A stretch of 57,796 nt of DNA, filler included, from Piptocephalis cylindrospora (lineage: Eukaryota), in the NCBI GenBank assembly GCA_003614145.1. It is 3 parts of 3 records of this genome, joined end to end, with 100 filler letters (N's around TTAATTAATTAA, not from the genome) between each part and the next. Parts side by side here need not be neighbours in the genome. Positions count along the whole stretch, not along the records: positions 38,629 to 57,796 come from KZ987826.1; 2 more parts are not named here. One strand, written 5' to 3'. The notes under the pieces are model-generated. The model searched no databases. It was given only the letters and a program-made list of their open reading frames with translations, and had not been told where the DNA came from. Position 1 is the first letter of the stretch; each line of letters opens with the position of its first letter. The position numbers and the translations under genes are program-made. Below, piece by piece: positions 47,118 to 57,796 of the stretch.

Positions 47118-48050
47118 ATGATTCCTACCAGAGTTTTCTCGAGGCTATGGGCCAAACCTATCCTTGGCCGTGTTGGGATGTCCACGGCCGCGTCGGTTTC
47201 CTCAACTCCTCCAGTAGTGTCACCTCAAGAAAAGACTGGTCCTCCACCGGTACCAACCATTAAGCGGTTCTGGAAGCATGCTACGGTTAAGCAAGTAGGT
47301 ATGTACCTGTCTGTATTCCTTGATGGCCTGCATCCTATTTCCCTGTCTCATACTACCCTCCAATCCTTGACAGATGATACTTGGCATGTGATGCTGGATA
47401 GTCGACCATTAAAGACTCCAAAAGGAAAGCCGTGTATCTTGGAACGCCCTTATCGACTAGGGGCCCATCTGGTGGCTGGGGAATGGGAGGGAGGAAAAAT
47501 TATACGGCAGCACTCCCTGCCCCTCACTTCGATCGTTTGTCGATCTTTGGATATGGAGGCCCCGGAAAGGAAGGAGGTGACGGAGCAGCTACTGGCGTTC
47601 CTTGACACCGACAGTGTTCTTCACTTCCAGGAGTACCCTGAGCACATGGTTCGTCTCCAGGAGGAGCATTTTACCCCACTTCTTCAGTGGATGGAGGCCA
47701 CGTATGGTGTCTCCTTGGTCCGGGGCGGGAGTATTCTCGGAAGCAGACAGACCCCGGAGACTCGGGAACTCATCCGTCAGGTCCTTCTGGGCTCCGGGAA
47801 AGATAAAGGTCTTTCGGCCCTGGAATTTTCGGCAGTCGAGCGCATTACCCGTCTCTCCAAGTCTTTGACTTTGGGTCTGGCCACGGTCCAGGGATCTCTG
47901 AGTTCCAAGGCTGGGGTGGAAGCCTCCTTGGTGGAGCAGACAGTTCAGTTGGTGAATTGGCAGGAGATTGAAGAGGGTCACACCATGGAGCGGGCCAATC
48001 TTCGACACCATCTCGGAGGCGTTCGATCCTTGCTGGTCCAAAATGACTAG
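47118..48050 (+). CDS. ATP12: F1-ATPase assembly chaperone Atp12/ATPAF2, probable in-frame intron 47299-47373
   Basis: Presequence, then IKRFWKHATV, LDSRPLKTPKG, VAGEW, HSLPLTSIVCRSLD, FLDTDS and WQEIEEGH. Confidence 0.92.
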   Translation: MIPTRVFSRLWAKPILGRVGMSTAASVSSTPPVVSPQEKTGPPPVPTIKRFWKHATVKQVGMYLSVFLDGLHPISLSHTTLQSLTDDTWHVMLDSRPLKTPKGKPCILERPYRLGAHLVAGEWEGGKIIRQHSLPLTSIVCRSLDMEAPERKEVTEQLLAFLDTDSVLHFQEYPEHMVRLQEEHFTPLLQWMEATYGVSLVRGGSILGSRQTPETRELIRQVLLGSGKDKGLSALEFSAVERITRLSKSLTLGLATVQGSLSSKAGVEASLVEQTVQLVNWQEIEEGHTMERANLRHHLGGVRSLLVQND

Positions 48051-48182
48051 GAGATGGAGATATTTCATTATCGATATGAGAGAAAGGATAGAAAGAAATA
48101 CACACGTAGATATCATCATAATGAAAAAGGCCCAGTTACATGCATGCTACAAGGCAAATTTATTTCCTCCTCGTGCTCGCAT

Positions 48183-49382
48183 TTATTTCCCTCCCACGTC
48201 CTCACCCTCCGGATCCCTGCCCTTGGCAGTAGACCCAAGCATCGTGGGATCCTGACTATGGTAAAGGGTACGTGGACGTCCAGATTTCCCGGTCCCAACT
48301 GGAGGCGGTGGTGGGGGTGCAGAGGAGTATGGGTGGGGCGCAGAAGCGGAGCCAGATCTAGGACCAGATCGACCGGGTCCAGTAGAGGAAGTCTGAGGTC
48401 GATGCTTCATATCCCAAGAAGGGCCTTTGGGCTTAGGCTTACTCCATACCACACGTACGGCTACCTCGCCACCCACATCAACGCCCTTGAGGTGACACTC
48501 AGTCATGGCCGCCTCGGCTGCCTGTCGATCCACGTACGTGATAAAAGCACAGGTAGGCCTACTTGAGGCCGACTTGTTCTTGGGGGCAGTAGAGGCGTCA
48601 GTACCCGGAATGATCTGAATTGACCGAATTTCTCCAAAAGCATGCATCCCCGAACGAACATCAGCCTCTGTAGTATCTCCAGGAAGGGAGGGGAGAAAGA
48701 GGGAGGTGACGGAAGGGTCGGTCGGTGGAGTGGGGGCCAAGGCATCCCGACCTCGACCAGCTCCAGCCCCACCGCCTTTCATGTTGGCCGAGCGGTAGAG
48801 GTACCGACGACGACGATATTCCTCCTCCGTAGGGAGGATGTGAAGGTATGGACAGGTACCTTCGGGTCTTTTACATTCGCCCTTGGCATACAAAGTGCAG
48901 AATCGACCATCCTTCCTCTGAGCCTCCGTCTCCTCTCCATCCGTTCCCGCGGGTAGCCGAGTTACCAACTCCTTACCAGCCTCAATGACCTTTTTCCCCA
49001 CTACGTCTCCCTCCTCGGCCTTGGCGCGTTCCATGGCCGATTGAGCAAAGTACTGTCGGTTCACATCAGACTCTGGACCCAATCCCTTCAAGGCCAAGGC
49101 CTTATCCCGTACCTGAGCCGGTAGGCCGAATTGCAAGTCCAAGACACAACATTGACACACATTTCGAAACCTGGAGCAAATCTGACACACCTCCGTCTTC
49201 CTATACGGCTCTCCTGGGGCCGGGGTCCATCGGAAGATCGTATGAGGTCTCTGACAGATCCTGCACTCATCCCCATAATGCTGCTTGGTCATCCGTACGT
49301 ATGGGTTGCTCCCCAGGCACGGTTCACAAAGAATGGGAAACTCGGATTGCTCCCATCCTTCCTTATTTTCTGCTTTCGACAT
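48183..49382 (-). CDS. SLT11: Pre-mRNA splicing factor Slt11/Ecm2/RBM22
   Basis: WEQSEFPILCEPCLGSNPYVRM, KTEVCQICSRFRNVCQCCVLDLQFGLP, a CCCH finger and a C-terminal RRM. Confidence 0.94.
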   Translation of the reverse strand: MSKAENKEGWEQSEFPILCEPCLGSNPYVRMTKQHYGDECRICQRPHTIFRWTPAPGEPYRKTEVCQICSRFRNVCQCCVLDLQFGLPAQVRDKALALKGLGPESDVNRQYFAQSAMERAKAEEGDVVGKKVIEAGKELVTRLPAGTDGEETEAQRKDGRFCTLYAKGECKRPEGTCPYLHILPTEEEYRRRRYLYRSANMKGGGAGAGRGRDALAPTPPTDPSVTSLFLPSLPGDTTEADVRSGMHAFGEIRSIQIIPGTDASTAPKNKSASSRPTCAFITYVDRQAAEAAMTECHLKGVDVGGEVAVRVVWSKPKPKGPSWDMKHRPQTSSTGPGRSGPRSGSASAPHPYSSAPPPPPPVGTGKSGRPRTLYHSQDPTMLGSTAKGRDPEGEDVGGK

Positions 49383-50027
49383 GGGTGGTGCTGCGGGAGA
49401 GAGGGAGGAAGATGATGGAGAGGAAGAAGCCTGAAGGTTCAAGAAAACATAATGAAGACGTAAATACGATCAAATATAAATGAAAGTGTGCATTTTTCGA
49501 GAATGGAGCTCAACTTTTTAATTCCTGGGCACAACTACGGCCATATTCAATGCCTTGGGCACATTAGTCATCCATTCCTCCTCCAACTGCTTTTGGAATA
49601 AGAAGTTGGGCGGAGGACCCCTCTCTCCCACTCTCACATGTCAGGTGGTCCCTTCAATATGCAGTGAGGGGATGGGAGGAGGGAGGGGTAGACTATCCTC
49701 CTCACCATCACGACCAAGGATTTATATGCTGACTAATCCTCCCCACCCATCCGTACACTACCCTGTCGAGCCTTTAGGGATGTATAAGTATAAGGGATAA
49801 AGGAATTTGAGACCAGTTCCACATTTACCCCCCTCCCGCCCTCGCCTCAAAATTTAAATTTTCCTTCTTTTTTGAACCTCACCCTTCCTCAGTGCCCCTG
49901 TCCTTCCTGCACCCACACACACCCCCAGGCCAGACAGACAACCACCCACACATACCAAATCCCCCTCACCCCCTGCCCCACCGCTTCCTCCTCCTCTCAG
50001 GTACATCCTCGTTTCCATCACTGTCAA

Positions 50028-50104
50028 GTAAGTCCCTCCCTATCCATCCATCCATCCATCCATCCTGGATCTATTCATCTAACCTTCCCTTCCCCCCTCT
50101 CCAG
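50028..50104 (+). other. 5'-UTR intron of RPL10
   Basis: GTAAGT donor, CTAAC branch point and pyrimidine-rich CAG acceptor ending 1 nt before the ATG. Splicing creates CAAAATG. Confidence 0.8.
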
Positions 50105-50105
50105 A

Positions 50106-50756
50106 ATGGGTCGCCGTCCTGCTCGTTGCTACCGCTACTGCAAGAACAAGCCTTATCCCAAGTCTCGGTTCTGCCGTGGTGTCCCCGACCCCAAGATCCG
50201 CATCTACGACTTGGGCCGGAAGAAGGCCGGAGTCGATGACTTCCCCCTCTGTATCCACATGGTCTCCAACGAGAAGGAGCAGCTTTCTTCCGAGGCCCTC
50301 GAGGCTGGCCGTATTTGCTGCAACAAGTACATCAGCAAGGTGTCCGGTAAGGACTCCTTCCACATGCGCGTCCGTGTCCACCCCTTCCACGTTGTCCGCA
50401 TCAACAAGATGTTGTCCTGTGCCGGTGCTGATCGTCTTCAGACCGGTATGCGCGGCGCCTTCGGTAAGCCCCAGGGTACCGTTGCCCGTGTCAACATTGG
50501 TCAGATCATCTTCTCCATCCGTACCCGCGATAACAACCGCGCCGTCGTCATGGAGGCTCTTCGTCGTGCCAAGTACAAGTTCCCCGGCCAGCAGCGCATC
50601 ATTGTCTCCAAGAAGTGGGGTTTCACCAAGCTTGCCCGCGAGGAGTTCCTCGAGGCCCGTCAGGCCGGCCGTCTCCAGCCCGATGGTTGCTACGTCAAGT
50701 ACCTTACCGAGCGTGGTCCCCTCTCCGACTACTTCCGTCGTATTGAGCGTGCCTAA
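50106..50756 (+). CDS. RPL10: 60S ribosomal protein uL16 (L10)
   Basis: [22 protein letters not shown]...[25 protein letters not shown], with strong codon bias. Confidence 0.99.
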   Translation: MGRRPARCYRYCKNKPYPKSRFCRGVPDPKIRIYDLGRKKAGVDDFPLCIHMVSNEKEQLSSEALEAGRICCNKYISKVSGKDSFHMRVRVHPFHVVRINKMLSCAGADRLQTGMRGAFGKPQGTVARVNIGQIIFSIRTRDNNRAVVMEALRRAKYKFPGQQRIIVSKKWGFTKLAREEFLEARQAGRLQPDGCYVKYLTERGPLSDYFRRIERA

Positions 50757-51015
50757 GTGGAGGTCCATGTTACATATGGTGTCTTTCTCCCTCATCGGTA
50801 GTTATTCATTCTAGACTTGGGATCTTTCCCTGGAAATATCTCACAGGTCAAGGCATGAATGGTCTATGTGAGGGAAGGAGACAACAATGGACATTGTCTC
50901 GCTTTTTAAACCTCCTTGGAATAATAGGGGTATCTGGGAGTGGATGGGACGCAATGGGTTGTTTATTGCTGTTGTGGGAAGGAACCGAGTGGGATGAGCA
51001 GGGGTAGTGACACAA

Positions 51016-51783
51016 CTAGGTGTAAAGATGATTAGGGGTCATCAAGGAGGTGGAAGGAAGGGTCAGAGATGCAAGACCAGAAGGCAGGTTGGATTCTTTG
51101 ATCATAGCCATCCCTGCCCCATGCATCATCTCGATCTATATTATTAGAGGTAAAGAAAAGGATGATATAAGTACAACATATAGAACATACACACACGAAC
51201 AGGGAAGTCATTCTCTCTTACCTCGGTGATAAGGGCAGCGGGTAGACCGTCCATGGTAAGGGATGACGACATGGTTCCTAGACTAGAGGAGGCCTCTGCA
51301 GCACAAAAGGATTTGTACATGGGCCGATTCGCCTCAGAGGAAGGATCGGATGGGACCCACCTATTCGTTCCACACGCTAATAAGTTTAAGATGTATCGAC
51401 TCCATCTCGAGATGAACTTACCAAGTACATTGAGGATACTGCTTCACCAAATACTCGGCTAATGGTACAGTCAGTGAGGAAAGGGTTGAGGCGGAGTAAG
51501 CCAGAATGAGGGTAGATGGAAGCTGGTAGACCTGGGCAATTGGGACAGAGGATGAGGATGAGGAAGAGGATGAGGAGGCAAAAGAGAGGACGGGCGCAGG
51601 GCTCTCAGAAAGATGGGATCCAACCACAGTAGGATCCTTACAAGGCACCATCAAGATGGTGCCTGTGAGGGTCTTCCCCAAAGATCCACCCTCTCCTGGC
51701 TGAACTACCAGATGAGAGGTAGAGGTGGAAGAGCCCTGGTAGTCCAAGTCAAGGTCAAGGGTGGAAAAATAGGCTTGAGCCAT
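51016..51783 (-). CDS. Putative proteasome assembly chaperone 1 (PAC1/PSMG1/Pba1-like), 3 exons, about 206 aa
   Basis: Exons 51783-51422, 51360-51222 and 51135-51016 splice in frame. Contains DGLPAALIT and ends NHLYT*, an HbYX motif. Confidence 0.6.
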
Positions 51784-52360
51784 GCTGAAGAAGGATAAGA
51801 TGGTGCGGAGGAAAGGTGTGGAAGGCAAAGGTGATGTGGCAAGATCACGTCTTTCTCGTTTACCTTTACCACTGCACAATGCTAAACGTCATACTTACAG
51901 TCAAAATAATAATAATAAATGGAACCGATGGGCATACATAATAATATTTTAAGGGCACAGATAATTATCTATCCCATTGAGCAAGAAGCAGTATTTTTAA
52001 TGTGTAATGATCGCTTGGATCTACAATTTAAACAATTGCATTGAATCGTCGATATCAGCCCGAGTAATCTAACCTCAATATAATGCTAAACTCATGCAAA
52101 TCTATAAATTGAATTGCAAGAAAGCCAAAGATATCCTTGATCATACCGGATCAGCATGTATATCTTCATCTCGCCCTATCGTATGGTATCGTATCATATA
52201 ATTCAGATGCAACATAAAAGCGATCCGTGAACGTGGAAACGCTTTGAAGATCTGAAAAAAAGTTGACCTCAATTTCCGGCCCTGTTCTAACGTCGCTCCT
52301 TCCGCCCCCACTCCAGACACTCTGCTTTCTGCCCCGCTGATTTTGATACCCCTCCCCATC

Positions 52361-53790
52361 ATGTCCGCGGTACTCTCCAACCCCCAGCCCTTAACTAGGA
52401 TCATCACTGGAGGCTCCCAGTGGCTATTTGCTTGCTACGGCCCCGATTTTGTCGTTGTCAACTTGGAGAAGAAAGAAGTGGTTGCGGCCACCTCCCCAGC
52501 CCAGCCAGAGTCCATTGGCGAGGCTGCCTCATCTGAGTCCCAGGAAGGAAAGATGACTCAGGCTCTTTCTACCCTTCCGACCTCAGCCCGTATCCTTCCA
52601 GCTCGACCCACGAGCCTCATCCAAACCCTGCAGTATTCCCCTGCTAGGGACCTACTCGTCACGGTCTCTGAGGATAAATCGCTTGCGATATGGGACGCCA
52701 CTCAGGACTGGGCCCAGGTGTTTACCGGAATCACCGCCAAGCGCGTCAACGACCTAGTCTTCTCTCCGGATGGCGCCTACTTGTACATTGCTGACAAGTT
52801 TGGTGATGTCTACCGTCTCGACACTCATACTTGGTCTGGTCTGCAGGATCCGTTTGTAGGCCAAGTTTCCATGACCACTTCTCTCGCCCTAACTCCTTCC
52901 CATGACTTGGTCATTGGGGATCGTGACGAAAAGATCCGAGTGTGTAGCGCGGAACGGCAAGGCGATATTTTGGGGTTTTGCCTGGGACATACTAAATACG
53001 TCTCCTCCGTCCACTCTCTCTCTCATGGCCCTCTGAATAAGTCCTTCCTTTCTGGAGGAGGAGACCCTTTTCTTCTTCGCTGGGCCTCTTCCCCTCCTTA
53101 TGCCTGTCTTGAGCGTATCCCTCTCCCTAAGGTGGACTCGGTAAGTGTTTTCTTTTCATGAGATGAGGTTAGTGGTCGCAGGACTCATCCATGTCTTTGG
53201 GCGAGCATGTAGCAGGAAGATGAGGATGAGGAGGAGGGAGGTGTGGCCCGTATCTTGAGCAGTAAGAGTGGTCTAGTCATCGTTTCCAACAAGAACTCCT
53301 CCTCCTTACACATCCTGGAGATTCGGGAAGGCGCTGGTTATGCGCTCAAGGAGACTATCTCGCTCCCTACTGTCATTGCGGATATATCCCAAGATCCTGT
53401 CTCAGCCTCCCTTCTATGGATCCTCCTTGGTCCCACGTCTGATGCTCCTGCCGGAAAGCTCGTTTCTCTTTCCTTGGTAAGTCATCATTGCGATCGATCC
53501 TGCATGATGAAAGGTTGATCCTACCTATTAATGTTCATGCCGTCCTCTCATTTCGGACCCTTAGACGACCGAGCCTTTGGGTGCACTAGAGACTTCGACC
53601 CTTCTTGATGATGTTCTTTACCCCACTTGTAAGTTTCTTTCCCCTCCTTGTCCCCTCCTTCTAATAATAATACTTGTCCATTTGCTCTTCATCAGTTGTC
53701 GGTCGGGTTGAGGCTACCGACTTCCACAAGCACTCCTCCGAAGCCAAGGACCGGAAGCGTCTCAAGACCTCCAAAGACACCACCGAATAG
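52361..53790 (+). CDS. TRM82: tRNA m7G46 methyltransferase non-catalytic WD40 subunit (Trm82/WDR4)
   Basis: KRVN, IADKFGDVY, GQVSMTT, GDRDEKIRV, FCLGHTKYVS and SGGGD. Several 3' introns. Confidence 0.92.
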
Positions 53791-54100
53791 GTCCATCTTG
53801 CTTTTACAGGTGTCTTTTATTGCCGTATAGATCTAGGATGGGTTTAATGCTCTTGAGCCTTAATGACCCACCTTTTACTCTGAATTGGCCGTATCTACTA
53901 TATTCTGTTGTAGTGCTACATATTGAACAAACAACACGTCTGAAATGATAGTGTGCAACGGTGTGTAATGGTGTGCGATAATATGGACAATGATAACCCG
54001 TGTCTTGCCTCTCCGAATCAACCATCTCTCGATTCATCCCATAAGCATCCGTAGTATCTTTATCTAATCCAACCCTTATAGGCCGTCGTCACGTCTCCAT

Positions 54101-55301
54101 TTACCGATTAAACGGAGGCATCCGGTAGATGGCCTCAAAGGTCTTCATCAGACGGCTTTGATTGAAAAAGTCAAAGGGGGGATCTGCGGCAGCAAGGGCA
54201 ATGGCATCAGATTCCTCCTCCAATCGGTTCCTCTCAACCTCCTCGGCCTCCTGCCTGATCCTATCTTCCTCATCCTTTATCTTCCGTTCCTCCTCCTCGC
54301 GCTTTAATTCTTCCTCGGTCTTAGGAGGGGGCTTGGGAATCTGCTTCATGAGATGAGCCCACTTACTCAAGTCGACTTGGATCTCCTTGGGCTTGTCCCT
54401 CTCCTCTGCTTCCTTCCTAGCCTTGATGCGAGCCTCGGATTCGGGCTCAGGATCAAGGTTGCAATTGCCATAGTTGATTGCGAAACTCTGGGTTTGCGGT
54501 TTGGGTAGTCCTCTGGGCCCTGGGTAGGCAATAACGGGCGCCTTGGTCTTGGGGTACTTCCCCTTCTTGGATGAAAGGCCATACCAATCGTCCTCACTGC
54601 TACTCTCGCTGGAGAAATGAGACCGCTTGGCCTTCTTGCCCCGACGGATCTCCTCCTTCCGGGTCTCCAGATCCTCTTCGTCCGAAATGGAACGCTTCCT
54701 CCGGGCCACCCCGGAGGAAGAAGGCTCTCTAGACATGCGTCCAGGGCGACGTCTAGCAGCCAACTTCTCTTCTTCTTCCTCCTCCTCTTGAATCCCTGGG
54801 GTAAAATCATCCTCGTCCAGTAAAGCTGATCCCTTCCTCCTCTATGAGATCGTGGTATGAGTGCACAGGTCTACAGGGAACTTATAGATACTGCCTCTTC
54901 CCCCCTTTCTCGTATTCATGTGCCTTACCTTGAAAGAGCGCGGCTTAGGCACTGGACTATCCTCCTCATCGTCACTATCCACTGAGATGAGCGTGTCTTT
55001 ATCCACTGCAAAAAAAATATGTCCCATCCCCAGCATTTGTCAGTATGTCCCTGTCCTCTTCTTCCTCCCGTTCGTCGTAGTGAGGGGTACTTACCAGGTC
55101 GATCGGACCAAGCACCTTCATCATCAGACGACTCATCCCTCCCCCTCACTCGCTTTATTCTCTTCGGATCTCCCACCTCAGGCACCTCTACATAGGGCTG
55201 GGGTAGGAAAGAGAGGTGTAGGCGTCGCCTGGGCGGCAGGCTGGCCAGGAGGCCGGTCGAGTCGTCATCTTCACTTTGATCCGTCACTCCCGGTACATCA
55301 C
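54101..55301 (-). CDS. Three in-frame exons without their own start codon, probably the long C-terminal extension of the BET gene, ending in a BRD4-CTM-like motif
   Basis: Exons at about 55301/55273-55095, about 55006-54929 and 54841-54101, joined by canonical GT-AG introns in compatible phases. C-terminal FDFFNQSRLMKTFE. Confidence 0.65.
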
Positions 55302-55544
55302 CTACTTTGGTAAGTAGAGGGGAGAGGGAGGGGGAGGGAGTATAAGTACGAGTGGTTTCCTCTTTTTATTGTCCAGGCAGTAGCAATGCCAGAAGTAGCA
55401 GTGATATGCAGTAGCAAACTCAATCTCCTCCCTCCTACCAATCCCAACAAATCGAGACAAAAGACAGAGGACAACGAGGGATGGGGAGGGAGAAGAAGGC
55501 ATAGAGACAGATGAAGGGAGACAGGGCATGAAAAAGCATCCTCC

Positions 55545-57640
55545 TTACCCGGCCTTAGGTACATTCTCGGAGGTCGAGGCAGTACCATTATCCTGAAGGA
55601 CATTGGCATTAGGGACAGCGGGATCAGGAGCGGATCCAAGTTTGCCTCCTTGCCCTTCCTCTCCCAATTTCCTGACTCCACCCTCCTCCTCCTCATCGTC
55701 CGAGGAAGAGGAGGAGTCGTCATCCGAGGAGGAATCATCATCCGAGTCAGATAGGACAAGTCCACCCTTCTCCTCCACCTTTGTCGGACCGGCCGATCCG
55801 GCCCTCTTCCCATCCTTCCCATCGAGGATGGCGGCGGCTTCGTCGAACCGACCAAGCTTGGCCTCCAGCTCCGATATCCTTCTGGCCTGTTCGGCCGCCT
55901 CATCCTCCTCCTCCTCCTGGCCCCCAGCCCCTATCCCACTGCCATCATTCTTCTTCTTCTTCTTTCGAGCACCCACTCCCCTCTTCCTGCCCGTGGACTT
56001 GCCTTTGATGATGCCCTCGACGTATCGGTAAAGGCGAGTGAAGGTGCGTTGGTCAAAGAGGTTGAGATCGAGCTCCAGTTCATCCTTGCCGTCGACCAAG
56101 GAGGGCATGCCCTCCCGAATAATGCTGAGAACACCCTCGAGATGCTCGTAGGGCAGGTCATTGACCCATCGACTCAGGGCTTGCTTGGCTTCATAAGTGG
56201 GTTCCATCAAGGTTTCCTCTCCCGCTCGCTTCCGCTTAGTCCCAGTGGAAGTGGGTGTCCGTTTCTTTTTCTGACCTGCTCCGCTCCTGGGGCCTCCTGA
56301 GTCATCGGATCCACCGCTACTCTTGTACGACTCCAGCTCCTGGGAAAGCTTGGCTAGGGTCTTCTCCAATTGCTCGACTTTTCCATCCCCTCCACCCCCA
56401 GGACCATGGTATTGGGTAGTATGTTGGACTGTGGTTTCCCCTCCTCCGGACCTTTTGGATGAGGAGGACCTGGGAGACTCGACCCGACGGCTCCCATCCT
56501 CAGACCCATGTCTTCGTCGATCTCCGCTCCCGGAGGAGGGAGAGGTGACTCGTGAGGCAACTGGGGCAGGAAGCCCGGCCCACTTACGCTCAAAGATCTT
56601 CTCCAATTCCTGAGCCATAACGTATACATCACTACCGGGAGGATTATAGCTGTAGCAGTTCGTCGGAATAAGTCGGGCATCGGCCTCAAAGGCTTCCGCG
56701 GAAGAGTATTCCCCGGCTTCGAGCTTCTTCCGGATGGTGCCCCAGTCCATGGGATTCTTCACTATGGTGGGATAATCTGGAAGGTTCAGGGCTTTCCAAT
56801 CAACGGGGGCCAGGAAGGGCCAGGTCGTGGAGCGGTTGGAGGCTTTAAAAATCTCCCGTACAATCCCCTGACAATACTTGAACTGAGGGTCAGATCCGGC
56901 AAATTTCGGCGAAGCCGATAGCCCATGAAGTCCACTACCGGACCCACTTTTCTTTCTTGGGAGGGGCACGTCCTCCCCCGGAAGATCCCGAGTTGGGGGG
57001 TGAATCTCCCTCTTTGGCCTCGATACCTGTGTGGGAAGGGGGGGGGGAGGGGGGGTAAGTGTCCATCAAGAATGGAAGGGCGATGTCAAGCAAGGACAAG
57101 ATATATGATATGGAGAAGAATCGGCCCTATACTTACAGCTACACCAGCACCATCGGACAGAGGGGAGCCACTGGTGCCCATGGGAGAGAGAACCTTCTCA
57201 GGTAGAACCTCCTCGAGGGAGCTGGAGCCAAGGGCTTGCTGCGGCATCTTACGCAGATGATTGTGGAAAGTGGTTTCGAGCAACTGGGCTTGCTGGGAAT
57301 AGTAATTTTCTCTTCCATTGTACAAATAACAATTGTCCCAGATGCGTTGGACATCGGCGGCAAACTCCCCTACACCGCTATACTCGCCCTTGCTAAGTTT
57401 TCGTTCGACAGTACCGAGATCCATGGGCTGCTTCACCACGGAGAGGTAGTCAGCCAACCCCATGCCGGCATGGTCGACGGGAGCACGGAAGGCCTCAGAA
57501 GCGGTAGATCGTTTGAGTTGTCGGATGATAGCCAGGCAGTATCGGGTCTGTTCCTTGGTAAGGGTGGATGAGACTTCAGAGGTAGTAGGGGTGGTGCCTC
57601 GAGCAGGGCTTGACACAGCGGGGTTGGGTTCGTCGGACAT
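55545..57640 (-). CDS. BDF1: BET-family double-bromodomain + ET-domain protein (Bdf1/BRD2-4-like)
   Basis: BD1 (FRAPVD..DYLSVVKQPMDLGT..NCYLYN), spliced RPKREIHPP, BD2 (WPFLAPVD..PDYPTIVKNPMD..NCYSYNP), ET domain (TYEAKQALSRWVNDL..ELELDL) and a SEED-like acidic/Ser tract. Confidence 0.95.
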
Positions 57641-57796
57641 TGTGGACAGACAGGTTGGGTGCTCAGCTCAGGAGGTGGCAGATCGAGACACTATGTGAGT
57701 GTGAATGTGATGAAGGGTGGGGAAGAGTGCGTGAATGTGCTGGTGCAATGGCTGGAGGCAGATAGGGGAGTGAGTGAGTGGGCGGGGGGTGGGAGG

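Noticed and set aside
56990..57030. Suspected frameshift between the two BET bromodomain ORFs
   Set aside because: A phase-0 intron (GTAAGT...CAG) joins them in frame through RPKREIHPPTRDLP.

Overview
Gene-dense eukaryotic genomic DNA from a fungus, with short GT-AG introns and many head-to-head gene pairs. The gene content suggests an early-diverging, non-Dikarya lineage such as Zoopagomycota/Mucoromycota (inference). Three contigs are joined by artificial N-TTAATTAATTAA-N linkers. The window holds about 27 protein-coding genes. Most are housekeeping: CTDSPL2-like phosphatase, IFRD, MYG1, dTMP kinase, MRPL36, NDUFS3, Csm3/Swi3, MAK10, SEC59, RraA-like, Josephin, a KH-domain protein, PMC1, RNF220, MZM1, ATP12, SLT11, RPL10, PSMG1-like, TRM82 and a BET bromodomain gene. 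An intronless accessory stretch at about 10-21 kb encodes a GH15 glucoamylase, a GPI-anchored L-domain protein, an orphan secreted protein and a P450. There is also a U6 snRNA gene. Most notable: (1) the BET gene is followed by ATG-less exons ending in a BRD4/BRDT-type C-terminal (P-TEFb-binding) motif, with a splice layout predicting short and long isoforms; (2) the U6 gene has an extra 3' UNCG hairpin, an altered METTL16 site and a USE-like promoter element; (3) a candidate tRNA-derived SINE lies between direct repeats; (4) a small duplication of the RNF220 3' end has a strong C>T/G>A decay bias. All family calls come from motif recognition by eye; no database search was run.
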